Program-made: the position numbers and the translations under genes
Notes under the pieces: generated by a model
What the model was told of the DNA's origin: nothing
The model's database searches: none
The model's input: the letters and a program-made list of their open reading frames with translations, nothing else
Shown here: piece by piece, positions 51,708-62,965 of the stretch
Layout of the letters: each line of letters begins with the position of its first letter
How positions within the stretch are numbered: the stretch's first letter is position 1
Assembly: GCF_004010195.1 (NCBI RefSeq)
Contig: NC_057741.1
Span: forward strand, 17,835,899 to 17,899,898
Reading direction: 5' to 3'
From: Chiloscyllium plagiosum
Lineage: Eukaryota
Length of the DNA: 64,000 bases

Positions 51708-52390
51708 GGGAAAATGAGGTCTGCAGATGCTGGAGGTCAAAGTTGAAACTGTATTGCTGGAACAGCACAGCAGGTCAGGCAGCATCCAGGGAACAGGAGA
51801 TTCGACGTTTCGGGCACAGGCCCTTCTTCAGGAATGAGCAGAGAGTGTTCAGCAGGAGAAGATAAAAGGTAGGGAGGAGGGACATGGAGGACCTCCTCCG
51901 ACCGTCGGGTTGTTGTGGTTTGGCGGTGGATGAGTCCAATGACCTGCATATCCTCGGTGGAGTGGGAGGGGGAGTTGAAATGCTGTGCCACAGGTTGGTT
52001 GGGTTGGTTCGTCCGGGTGGCCCAGAGGTGCTCTCTGAATCGCTCCGCAAGTAGGCGGCCTGTCTCCCCAATATAGAGGAGGCCACACCGGCTGCAGCGG
52101 ATGCAGTAGATGATGTGGGTGGAGGTGCAGGTGAATCTGTGGCGGATATGGAAGTTTCCTTTGGGGCCTTGGAGAGAAGTGAGGGGGGAGGTGTGGGCGC
52201 AAGTGTTGCACCTCCTGCGGTTGCAAGGGAAGGTGCCGGGAGTGGTGGTTGGGTCGGTGGGGGGTGTGGATCTGACAAGGGAGTCGCGGAGGGAGTGGTC
52301 TCTACGGAAAGCTGATAGGGGAGGGGAGGGAAATATATCCTTGGTGCTGGGGTCTGTTTGGAGGTGGCGGAAGTGACGGCGGATGATGCG
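51708..52390 (-). mobile_element. Young Penelope-like element 3' fragment, family A (Neptune-like Cys linker plus GIY-YIG)
   Basis: PCNRRRCNTC...IIYCIRCSRCGLLYIGETGRLLAERFREH; CpGs retained; flanked by TGGGAGA on both sides. Confidence 0.92.
51800..51835 (-). ncRNA. Minimal type I hammerhead ribozyme motif (family A)
   Basis: AUUC-CUGAAGA-A-GGGC-cugu-GCCC-GAAAC-GUC/GAAU: intact core, perfect 4-bp stems I and II, palindromic ACGU stem III. Confidence 0.78.
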
Positions 52391-53329
52391 CTGGGAGATA
52401 CTACCTAAGTCGTGTTTTGGGTAATTCAACCACGCAAATATATTACTTCACTTAGTCAGCTGTCCCGTGTCTGCTCCTGCTCAGTGTGCGCTCCGCCTAT
52501 TCACGAGGTAAGTTTTTAAGTCAGTGATTCAACTTCCTGTCAGCCCTGGTCGATGCTCCCACTCTTCCTGCTGCTGAAGCAAAAAAAAACTGTCATGTCT
52601 TTTAAATGTTTTAACTGTACCTGCATCTGCCACTTTCTGTGGCAGTTCATTCCACATATGAAGCACCCTCTGTGTGAAAAAGAGTTGCCCCTCCGGTCCC
52701 TTTTAAATCTTTCTCCTCTTAGTTAAAAAATATGCCTGCTAGTTTTGAGTTCCCCTACACTAGGGAAAAGTCCCAGATCATTCCCTAACCTTTTAATCTC
52801 TGGGTTTTTTTTGTATCATTTTCAATTGTGGATTACAGGGACAGCAAGCAATGTGCTAAGTTGGATTTGACTTGAACTCTATGTATGATAAGATTATTTT
52901 TTGTTCTTCACTTTATTTTTATCCACTTTGTGCAACTGAATATTTCCATAAATTCTTTGACTAAAACCATACGTTAATTTATATCTCATTTACTCCACAA
53001 TTTTGTTATTGATAATTGTAGAATTTTATCTGGTATGAATTCAAGACTGGTCCATGTTATCTAGATTTTCATCCAGTCTCTCTTCATATAATGCATAGAA
53101 CTTTATTTATAGTTAATATTGTTAACGCAATAACTTGCAGATAAAAAATATTTTCATATTTTAATGCAATTATGATTATAAAGTTATAACAATTAAAACA
53201 ATTGTTAATCTGTACAAGTTTTATATCTGTCTTAATATACTTGTTTTGCATTCATACTTTAAACATATTTCCTGAAAATCTGATAAAATATTTAACCTAA
53301 AAGCTAAGTTTATCATTTCTTTCAAATAG

Positions 53330-53358
53330 AATATTCTTTGAAATCATCCAAAAATGAA
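53330..53358 (+). CDS. ELMOD2: ELMOD2 second coding exon (29 nt)
   Basis: (E)YSLKSSKNE versus mammalian ENSLTYSKNK. TTTCAAATAG acceptor, GTAAGT donor; phase 1 to 0 fits the neighbouring exons. Confidence 0.88.
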
Positions 53359-53829
53359 GTAAGTAAGATTCACTTTATTGTTTGTCTTTTTTACTGCTTG
53401 ATAAAATCAATCAGTATTATTCTTAATTACTAATGTACTTGGCCTGAGTCACAAGAATACTGATTTTTCTTCATAGTTATCTGATCTACTCTCAAGAATT
53501 TTTTTTCCTGTGTTCTAGCTCTCCTGTTCTATTCCCCCATATGTCTGTTTAATTTGAAAAGCCAAACTTTGTGAAATTTGTCTTCACACTGGAATGTGGT
53601 AGCCGAAACACTGCTGGTAAAGTATGGTCTTTGCTTCAGCTGCTGTGTGAGAGGTGCAGACTTCAGCATGAAGGCAACTCTGCTTTGAAGGAATATACCT
53701 AAAGATTTACATGACTGGTTACCTCAATATAGTACAATCTCAAAGTTATTCAGCCAGAAGTAGCTGGTGATCGAAATGAAGTAGCGCTCGAAGTAATCCA
53801 GTACGTTAAAATGCTACAGATACTACTTT

Positions 53830-55540
53830 AAGCGCAGTGTAGGCATTTTGTAAGTATATTAAGAGCAATAGGATTACCAGGGAAAGAGTGGTGTCTATTA
53901 ACGACCAAAAGTGCAATCTGTGTGTGAAGCCAGAGGATGTAGGTGAGATCTTAGATGAATATTTCTCATCTGTATTCACCAAGGAGGAAAAATACTGTAT
54001 CTGAAAATTTCAGTTGGGATGGTGAGGTTCTACAGCATGATAAAATTGATTTGTAAGAACTATTAGTTACTTTAGCAGGCATACAAGTGCATAAATCCCT
54101 AGGGCATGATGAGATGGTTCCCAGCCTGCAATAGGAGGCAAGGCAGGACATTCTCAGAACCCTAGTGAAAATATTTAATACTTTGCTGATCACGAGTGAA
54201 GTGCCAGATGACTGGAAAATGGCTAATATGGTTCCTTGCTGCCCTTCTTGAATAAAGGATAGGCCAGGTAATTACAGACGAGTTAGTCTGACATAAATGG
54301 TAGGGAAATTATTGAAAAAAATCTGAAAGTCAGGATTAATCAATCCTTGGAAAGGCAGGATTTGATCTGGGATAGTGGTGTGGGAGATCCTGTCTGTCTA
54401 AATTGAGTTTTTTGAAAAGGTGTTTGAATATGAGTATAGTGCAGTTGATTTGGTTTACATGGGCTTCAGTAAGGCCTTTGACAAGATCCACAAAAGAAGG
54501 CTGGTTCAAAGGATAAGAGCCCATGGGATCCAAGGCAAGTTGGCAAACAGGATGCAAAGGGTGATAGAGGGTTGTTTTTATAATAGGAAGCTTGTGACCT
54601 GTGGTCTACCACAGGCATTGATGCTGGGACCCTTGCTATTTGTTATGTACATTAATGACTTGGATGTGAATATTGAAGGTATAATTAATATGTTCGCAGA
54701 TGATACAAAAATTGGTGAGGAAGATGGTCTGAGACTACCGTCTGATATTAATCATCTGATAAATTTGGCAGAGCAATAGTAAATGTTACTCAATCCTGAT
54801 GAGGTGAGAGGTGATGAATTTTAGGAGGTATAAATAGGGTCAGATATACACCATGAATGGTAGGGTCCTAGGGAGTACTGAGGAACAAAGAGACTGTGGT
54901 GTATAAGTCCATAGATCCCTGAAGGTGTCAGCACAGGTAGACAATATAGTGAAGAAGGCAAACAGGATGTTAACCTTCACTCGCTGGGGTATAGAATGTG
55001 AGAGCAGGGAAGCTTGTTACAACTTTATAAAACAGTGGGTAGCCCAGATGGAATTCTATTTGCAGTTTTGGTCACCACACTATCAAGATGTGATTGCACT
55101 GGAGAGGGTACAAGGGAAATGTTGTCTATGATGGAAAGTCTTGGTTATATGGAGGGAATGAATAGACTGAGTTTTTCTTTCCCTGGAGCAGAGGAGGCTG
55201 ACGGGGAATCTGATTGAGATAAATTAAATTATGAGGAGCAGAGACAGAGTAAATCATGAGAATCTCTTCTCCGAGGTAGACATGTTTAAGGTGAGGAGCA
55301 GGTGGTTTTGAGGAGATCTGAGGAAACATGTTTTCACTTAGGGTGGTAGAAATATGGAAAGCACTGCCTGAGAGGTGTGATGCAAGTACTGTTGCAACAT
55401 TGCATCTGGGTGAGTACTTAAAATGCCAAGACAAAAGTAAGCTATGGGCCAAGGTGCAGGGGAAGTGCGATGAGTGTAGTTTGGTGCTGTTGGATGGCAT
55501 AGACATGCTGGACTGAAGGGCCTGTTTCTATTCTGTATGC
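53830..55540 (+). mobile_element. Degenerate CR1 RT and 3' end
   Basis: GFSKAFDKIH, GPLLFVMYINDLD, FADDTK, QFWSPHY. Confidence 0.85.
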
Positions 55541-56045
55541 CTTTAGTAGGAGGGATGGGGAGAAGAAAATTGGCAATAGCTTCATCATCTGAGTATTGTG
55601 ATCCCATTTGTTATATTATCATTTGAAAGTTTGGGTTTTAAAGTTGAAGTATGTGGATATTTTGATTTTTAGTTTTGTGAAGGTTATTAGTTTTAAGAGG
55701 TCAAAGTTAGTTTTGAGTAGTTAAATTACCTGGCAAGTTAATTAATGATTTTTTTTTTGCAAAGTTGAACTGTAATGATATACAGAAAAGCAGACCAGGA
55801 CCACAATCAGATTTCAATTGAGAAGAACCAATTCAGAGCTGCAGGGAGGCATTTTAGTTAGTGGCCGTCCAGACATTCAGAGTTGGAAACAAGTCTTCAA
55901 CCTGTTTAGCAGATTAAATAGTTTTTCACTTAAATTTCAATTTGGAAAAGTCAGTGAAATAGCCACTATCTGTGTCTCTTCAGAAGAGACGATATGGAGA
56001 GAATCACATCTGATAAATGTGTAGAAAGTCACCAAAAGGAAATGA

Positions 56046-56360
56046 TTTAGATTTAGATTAGATTACAGTGTGGAAACAGGCCCTTCGGCCCAACAAGTCC
56101 ACACCGACCCGCCGAAGCGCAACCCACCCATACCCCTACATTTACCCCTTACCTAACACTACGGGCAATTTAGCATGGCCAATTCACCTGACCTGCACAT
56201 CTTTGGATTGTGGGAGGAAACCGGAGCACCCGGAGGAAACCCACGCAGACACGGGGAGAATGTGCAAACTCCACACAGTCAGTCGCCTTAGGCGGGAATT
56301 GAACCCGGGTCTCCGGCGCTGTGAGGCAGCAATGCTAACCACTGTGCCACCGTGCCGCCC
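56046..56360 (-). mobile_element. Young full-length HE1 SINE
   Basis: Complete head, B-box, V core and (AATCT)n tail; CpGs intact. Confidence 0.93.
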
Positions 56361-56777
56361 ACAAATGCTTGCAATTTAGTTAAGAAATCATAACTGAGTT
56401 AACTGTGAGATTTCACAGCAAGTGTGTCTGTCAAGAATATTGCTGGGAAAAGGGTTGAATCTTTTTGCTGTTTATGTTAAGATCTTCCAAAATGGTCATA
56501 AGCTTATTTGCTTGCATTATTTTACTTTGCGCAATATACTTATGTTCTTTACTGGATCAGTATGTTCAATGACTGACCGCCACTGCTACAAAATTGTAAA
56601 ATTAAAACTTGCACTTGTCAAGTCATGTTTTACTCTATGATCTGACTTTTCCAGTATTACCATCGTTTAGGATTACAACAGTAATGTTCAATAAGTTATG
56701 CAATAGATAACAATATTTCAGGAAAGAAAAGTTGTTGTTTTCTCAACACTATGTAATCATAATTCCTTAGTAACATT

Positions 56778-57875
56778 TAGGTAAAGTGCAGGTTCATAGC
56801 TCCTTGAAAGTGGAGTTGCAGGTAGATAGAATAGTGAAGAAGGCGTTTGGTATGCTTTTCTTTATTGGTCAGAGTATTGAGTACAGGCGTTGGGAGGTCA
56901 TGTTGCGGCTGTACAGGACATTGGTTAGGCCACTGTTGGAATATTGCGTGCAATTCTGGTCTCCTTCCTATCGGAAAGATGTTGTGAAACTTGAAAGGGT
57001 TCAGAAAAGATTTACAAGGATGTTGCCAGGGTTGGAGGATCTGAGCTACAGGGGGAGGCTGAACAGGCTGGGGTGGTTTTCCCTGGCACGTTGGAGGCTG
57101 AGGGGTGACCTTACAGAGGTTTACAAAATTGAGGGGCATGGATAGGATAAATAGACAAAGTCTCTTCCCTGGGGTCGGGGAGTCCAGAACTCGAGGGCAT
57201 AGGTTTAGGGTGAGAGGGGAAAGATATCAAAGAGACCTAAGGGGCAACGTTTTCACTCAGAGGTTGGTACGTGTATGGACTGAGCTGCCAGAGGAAGTGG
57301 TGGAGGCTGGTACAATTGCAACATTTAAGAGGCATTTGGATGGGTATATGAATAGGAAGGGTTTGGAGGGATATGGGCCGGGTGCTGGCAGATGGGACTA
57401 GATTGGGTTGGGATATCTGGTCGGCATGGACGGGTTGGATCGAAGAGTCTGTTTCCATGCTGTACATCTCTATGACTCTATGTACACTGGAGTTTAGAAA
57501 AATGAGGGTGGGAATCTTAGAAATCTATACATTCTAACAGGATGAGCAAGGGTAAACGTGGAAGGTTGTTTCAGATGACTGGGGTGTCCAGCTTCAAGGG
57601 TCACTGTCCAAGGATACAGGGTAGGTCATTTAGGACTAAGATGAGAACTTTTTCACACAGAGGGTGGTATGTGTATGGAACGAGCTGCCAGGGGAAGTGG
57701 TGGAGACTGGTACAAATGCAACATTTGAGAGGCATTTGGATGGGTATATGAATAGGAAGGGATTGGAGGGATATGGGATGGGTCCTGGCAGGTGGGACTA
57801 GATTGGGTTGGGATATCTGGTCAGCATGGACGGATTGGACCGAAGGGTCTGTTTCCATTCTGTACATCTGATTCT
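56778..57875 (+). mobile_element. Two tandem CR1 3' fragments
   Basis: LYRTLVRPLLEYCVQFWSP...GYGPGAGRWD ends at about 57481. A second 3' end spans about 57482-57875. Confidence 0.9.
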
Positions 57876-57993
57876 CGTCCTATCAGTAGGCCACTATATT
57901 TAATCAAAGGTAAGATGAAGCAGGGAGCAACATATTTGAGTAAATTTTATTTTGCAGTTTACACTGGTACTCTTGCCGTCCATGGGAATATCT

Positions 57994-59497
57994 GTTGTGG
58001 TTCTGTTCGCCAAGCTGGAAGTTTTTGTTGCAAACGTTTCGTCCCCTGGCTAGGCGACATCATCAGTGCTTGGGAGCCTCCTGCGAAGCGCTTCTTTGAT
58101 GTTTCCTCTGGTGTTTATAGTGGCCTGTCCCTGCCGCTTCCGGTTGTCAGTTTCAGCTGTCCGCTGTAGCGGTTGGTATATTGGGTCCAGGTCGATGTGT
58201 TTGTTGATGGAGTTTGTGCATGAATGCCATGCCTCTAGGAATTCCCTGGCTGTTTTCTGTCTGGCTTGCCCTATGATAGTAGTGTTGTCCCAGTCGAATT
58301 CATGTTGCATGAATTCGACTGGAACAACNNNNNNNNNNNNNNNNNNNNNNNNNNNNNNNNNNNNNNNNNNNNNNNNNNNNNNNNNNNNNNNNNNNNNNNN
58401 NNNNNNNNNNNNNNNNNNNNNNNNNNNNNNNNNNNNNNNNNNNNNNNNNNNNNNNNNNNNNNNNNNNNNNNNNNNNNNNNNNNNNNNNNNNNNNNNNNNN
58501 NNNNNNNNNNNNNNNNNNNNNNNNNNNNNNNNNNNNNNNNNNNNNNNNNNNNNNNNNNNNNNNNNNNNNNNNNNNNNNNNNNNNNNNNNNNNNNNNNNNN
58601 NNNNNNNNNNNNNNNNNNNNNNNNNNNNNNNNNNNNNNNNNNNNNNNNNNNNNNNNNNNNNNNNNNNNNNNNNNNNNNNNNNNNNNNNNNNNNNNNNNNN
58701 NNNNNNNNNNNNNNNNNNNNNNNNNNNNNNNNNNNNNNNNNNNNNNNNNNNNNNNNNNNNNNNNNNNNNNNNNNNNNNNNNNNGACATATCTGATCCAGA
58801 GTTTGGGTTGAATTTGTGGTAGGACTGTTTGTTCTCACCTTTGCATAACTGCCTCTGCTATTAGTCCCGAGATTGGTGATCCCATGGGTGTTCCGTTGAT
58901 TTGTTCGTATATCTGGTTGTTGAATGTGAAGTGTGTTGTGAGGCACAAGTCCAGTAGTTTAAGTATGCCATCTTTGTTGATAGGTTCAACGTCCTGTTGT
59001 CTGTTCTGTATGTCCAGTAGGTTGGCTATTGTTTCTCTGGCTAGGGTTTTGTCAATCGAAGTGAACAGTGCCGTCACGTCGAATGATATCATGGTTTCTT
59101 CTTTGTCTATGTGTATATTTCTGATGCACGCACGCAGACAACAAGCAACATGAATTCGACTGGGACAACACTACTGTCAAAGGGCAAGCCAGACAGAGAA
59201 CAGCCAGGGAATTCCTAGAGGCATGGCATTCATCCACAAACTCCATCAACAAACACATCGACCTGGATCCAATATACCAACCACTACAGCAGACAGCTGA
59301 AACTGACAACCGGAAGCGACAGGGACAGACCACTATAAACACCGGAGGAAACATCAAAGAAGCGCTTCGCAGGAGGCTCCCAAGCACTGATGATGTCGCC
59401 TAGCCAGGGAACGAAACGTTTGCAACAAAACTTCCAGCTCGGCGAACAGAACCACAACAACGAGCACCCGAGCTACAAATCTTCGCACAAACTTTGA
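57994..59497. mobile_element. Penelope-like element, family B (Penelope/Poseidon-like), with inverted ends and a 12-bp TSD
   Basis: RT motifs SFDVTALFTSI and GTPMGSPISG on the minus strand. EN end REFLEAWHS in both orientations. ATGGGAATATCT at 57982-57993 and 59498-59509. Confidence 0.9.
58030..58069 (-). ncRNA. Minimal type I hammerhead ribozyme motif (family B)
   Basis: GCA-CUGAUGA-U-GUCgCCU-agcc-AGGgGAC-GAAAC-GUU/UGC. Other copies at 59384-59423 (+) and 63492-63531 (-). Confidence 0.72.
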
Positions 59498-59705
59498 ATG
59501 GGAATATCTTTCTACTGAGTTAAATAATTGTTGTTTTCTCAGAAATGAGTAACTGAATAGAGGAACAGGTGTAGTAGCGCATTTTAATTTGCACCAACGT
59601 TGACATTTAAATTCTGAATGCTTATTTCCCAAAGACATTAACAATATTTACTCTAATAGTTTAGTCCTGACTAATATTTGTTTCCATTAATTGTTTCTTG
59701 TTTAG

Positions 59706-59803
59706 GTTTTGAAGACATCAGTGGATCATAGTGTGCAAAATATGGAGAACAACGTTCAGGACATTATGGAAATAAAAAAGATTTCCATTCAGAAAGATCC
59801 AGA
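59706..59803 (+). CDS. ELMOD2: ELMOD2 third coding exon (98 nt)
   Basis: VLKTSVDHSVQNMENNVQDIMEIKKISIQKDP versus mammalian VLQKATHV...VDDIMKEKNINPEKD. TTGTTTAG acceptor and GTAAGT donor. The gene continues beyond the window. Confidence 0.9.
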
Positions 59804-59909
59804 GTAAGTGTGTGTTAAATTCTTGAAATATTGTGGTCGTTTAGTTTTACTACCCATTTAAACTCTTTACTGTTCTGGTGGATCTTTGTACATGTAAAGG
59901 CTCAGAAGT

Positions 59910-60100
59910 TGCTAGGCAGATGCTAGAAATCTGAAATATAAACGGAAGTTTATATGTTAGAAGTACTCAATAAGTCAGGCAGCATTTGTGGAGAGAGAAT
60001 GTTAATGTTTCAGGATAGTGACCTTTTGAGCAAAACATTAACTCTGTTTCTGTCTCACAGACACTCCCTCACCTAATGACATTTCCAACAACTTCTTTAT
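59910..60100. mobile_element. Old fold-back PLE-type tail
   Basis: TGTGGAGAGAGAATGTTAATGTTT pairs imperfectly with AAACATTAACTCTGTTTCTGTCTCACA. Confidence 0.45.
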
Positions 60101-61071
60101 ATGTGAGTCTAAACAGTATCCACATGCATATTTTCAGCAGTAGTCACCAGCTAAGACTGAGGAGTGGGGATTTTGTTTCTCTTTTAGTTCTTCTTAATTG
60201 CTGCATTGTAATGCCCTCCCTAAAGATGAGTAACTTCTCACAAAGCAAGGATGGAGCATATAGCTTAGGAATATGCCGCATGTGCATTTACTCAGCTTTA
60301 TTGCATTCATTTATCTATTTACCACCCCTTCTTGTAAAGTTGATTATTTGAGGTACGATTGCTTGGATGCTGATTATTGTCCACACATTACCCAAGTGGC
60401 TGTTCATTATGTGAATCTAGGTGGTGACTGAAAGTAGATAATTTGGCCGTGAGAACATTACAAAACTGCTTATCTGACATCCTAATGCTGCACATGTTAC
60501 TGGATAGCAATGAAAATTTATCCAATCTGCTCTCTCTCATACAGGCACCTGCCATTTCCCCAGACCTAAAATTTTGCTATTTCAACGCACAGCCCGAATT
60601 AGAATAAAATAAACATTAATACTCCAGATGTTTCCAATTCTGAAGTAAACCTTATTCTGAATGAACCCTGGCATATGTAAGTCAGAAATAACAATGGACC
60701 TGATTCTCTTAAAGTTTGTGAAACCTGAATTGGGTTGCTTTCTGAAGAGTTTCATTGCCATTTCAACTTCAGATATTTTAATATCAGTGCTTGTCCAAGC
60801 CACCTTATTTAAGTATGAAGTTAAGGTTAATGCAATAACAATCTTTGTTGCAGTTAATGAACTCCAGTATATTCAACCAAACTTTTAATTTATTCTTGAT
60901 TTTAAATAATGTGCTGAACATGATGGTTACTGTGCCACCTGGGAACAGTATTCATTGACAGACGGTTGGATACCAAAGAGTGCTAGCTCTTGGGCATCAT
61001 CCCTGCTGTGGTATTTGATGGGGAGGAGAAAGAGTCAAAGTATGTGGCTCCTTGGAGTATATGTTAACTAT

Positions 61072-62378
61072 TTCCAATCCTCCCACTTCCTCCAAACCAA
61101 AGGAGTAGCCATGGGCACCCGCATGGGCCCCAGCTATGCCTGCCTCTTCGTAGGATATGTGGAACAGTCCATCTTCCGCAGCTACACTGGCATCACCCGC
61201 CACCTTTTCCTCCGCTACATCGATGACAGTATCGGCGCTGCCTCGTACTCCCACGAGGAGGTTGAACAGTTCACCCACTTTACCAACACCTTCCACCCCG
61301 ACCTCAAATTCACCTGGACCGTCTCAGACTCCTCCCTCCCTTTCCTAGACCTTTCCATTTCTATCTCGGGTGACCGAATCGACATGGACATCTACTGTAA
61401 ACCGACCGACTCCCACAGCTACCTAGACTACACCTCCTCCCACCCTGCCCCCTGTAAAAACGCCATCCCATATTCCCAATTCCTTCGTCTCCGCCGCATC
61501 TGCTCCCAGGAGGACCAGTTCCAAAACCATACAACCCAGATGGCCTCCTTCTTCAAGGACCGCAATTTCCCGCCAGACGTAGTCGACGATGCCCTCCACT
61601 GCAAGTCTTCCACTTCCCTCTCCTCTGCCCTTGAGCCCCACCCCTCCAACAGCCACCAGGACAGAACCCCACTGGTCCTCACCTAGCACCCCACCAACCT
61701 CCATGTACAATGTATCATCCGCCGTCATTTCCGCCACCTCCAAACGGACCCCACCACCAGTGATATATTTCCCTCCCCTCCCCTATCAACGTTCCGAAAA
61801 GACCACTCCCTCCNNNNNNNNNNNNNNNNNNNNNNNNNNNNNNNNNNNNNNNNNNNNNNNNNNNNNNNNNNNNNNNNNNNNNNNNNNNNNNNNNNNNNNN
61901 NNNNNNNNNNNNNNNNNNNNNNNNNNNNNNNNNNNNNNNNNNNNNNNNNNNNNNNNNNNNNNNNNNNNNNNNNNNNNNNNNNNNNNNNNNNNNNNNNNNN
62001 NNNNNNNNNNNNNNNNNNNNNNNNNNNNNNNNNNNNNNNNNNNNNNNNNNNNNNNNNNNNNNNNNNNNNNNNNNNNNNNNNNNNNNNNNNNNNNNNNNNN
62101 NNNNNNNNNNNNNNNNNNNNNNNNNNNNNNNNNNNNNNNNNNNNNNNNNNNNNNNNNNNNNNNNNNNNNNNNNNNGGCCTATCACCCTCACCTTGACCTC
62201 CTTCCACCTATCGCATTTCCAACGCCCCTCCCCCAAGTCCCTCCTCCCTACCTTTTATCTTAGCCTGCTGGACACACTTTCCTCATTCCTGAAGAAGGGC
62301 TTATGCCCGAAACGTCGATTCTCCTGTTCCTTGGATGCTGCCTGACCTGCTGCGCTTTTCCAGCAACACATTTTCAGC
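61072..62378 (+). mobile_element. Penelope-like element family A with partial RT and tail, 14-bp TSD (contains an N gap)
   Basis: GVAMGTRMGPSYA...FLRYIDD...LPFLD...KPTD...SQFLRLRRICS. TATATGTTAACTAT at 61058-61071 and 62379-62392. Hammerhead motif at 62285-62320. Confidence 0.92.
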
Positions 62379-62965
62379 TATATGTTAACTATGCTGAGTT
62401 TTTGACCTATCTAGTTTTTGCAAGAGATTCACAATTTCTCTACATAGCAATACAGTTGTGGGATGAGTCGCGAGGAAACTCAGCCTATTAGTTTAATGTG
62501 TTGTGGGAAAGTAAAGAGAACCTGTAATTAGGGATAGTGACCTAGCAATTAGGCAAGTATGGCTCTGTGATTAGTACAATGTGGGCTCAAAGGGAAAGTC
62601 CTGACCAACAAAATTAGTTGCATTTTATTTCTTTGAGAAGAAAACATGGCAAATGAGGGAAAATCTATGGATATTATTTGTGTGAATTTTCAGAATTCAT
62701 TTGGAAAATTTTCATAACAAACTCTTAACAGAATTAAGAATGCATGTTGTAAGAGTTAACCATTTGACATGAGTAAGGCATCATTGATAAAGTAACATGC
62801 AGAGGATGAAACGAGTAGGTTTGTATTCATATTGGCAAGCTATTTTTATGCATTGTGCATGTGGGCTTTGCTTGCTTGGGCAGGATTTATTGTCCATCTC
62901 TAATTGAGAAAGTGGTGATGAGCCTGTCTACTTGAATCATTATGATCCATTTTGGTTAGGTATGC

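Larger units (their letters stand above)
47500..52590 (-). mobile_element. Near full-length degenerate CR1 (5' UTR, ORF1, endonuclease, RT, 3' end), interrupted by HE1 and a PLE
   Basis: ORF1 WVTVTRRKG...PVAISLSDKYTILD; APE YFNARSI, GVFYRPP, LDLVLGNE; RT C-terminus [10 protein letters not shown]. The 5' UTR resumes after 52397. Confidence 0.85.

Noticed and set aside
58050-58946. Long ORFs spanning N runs (also 61589-62263 and 21594-22046)
   Set aside because: Length is an artefact of assembly gaps inside repeats.
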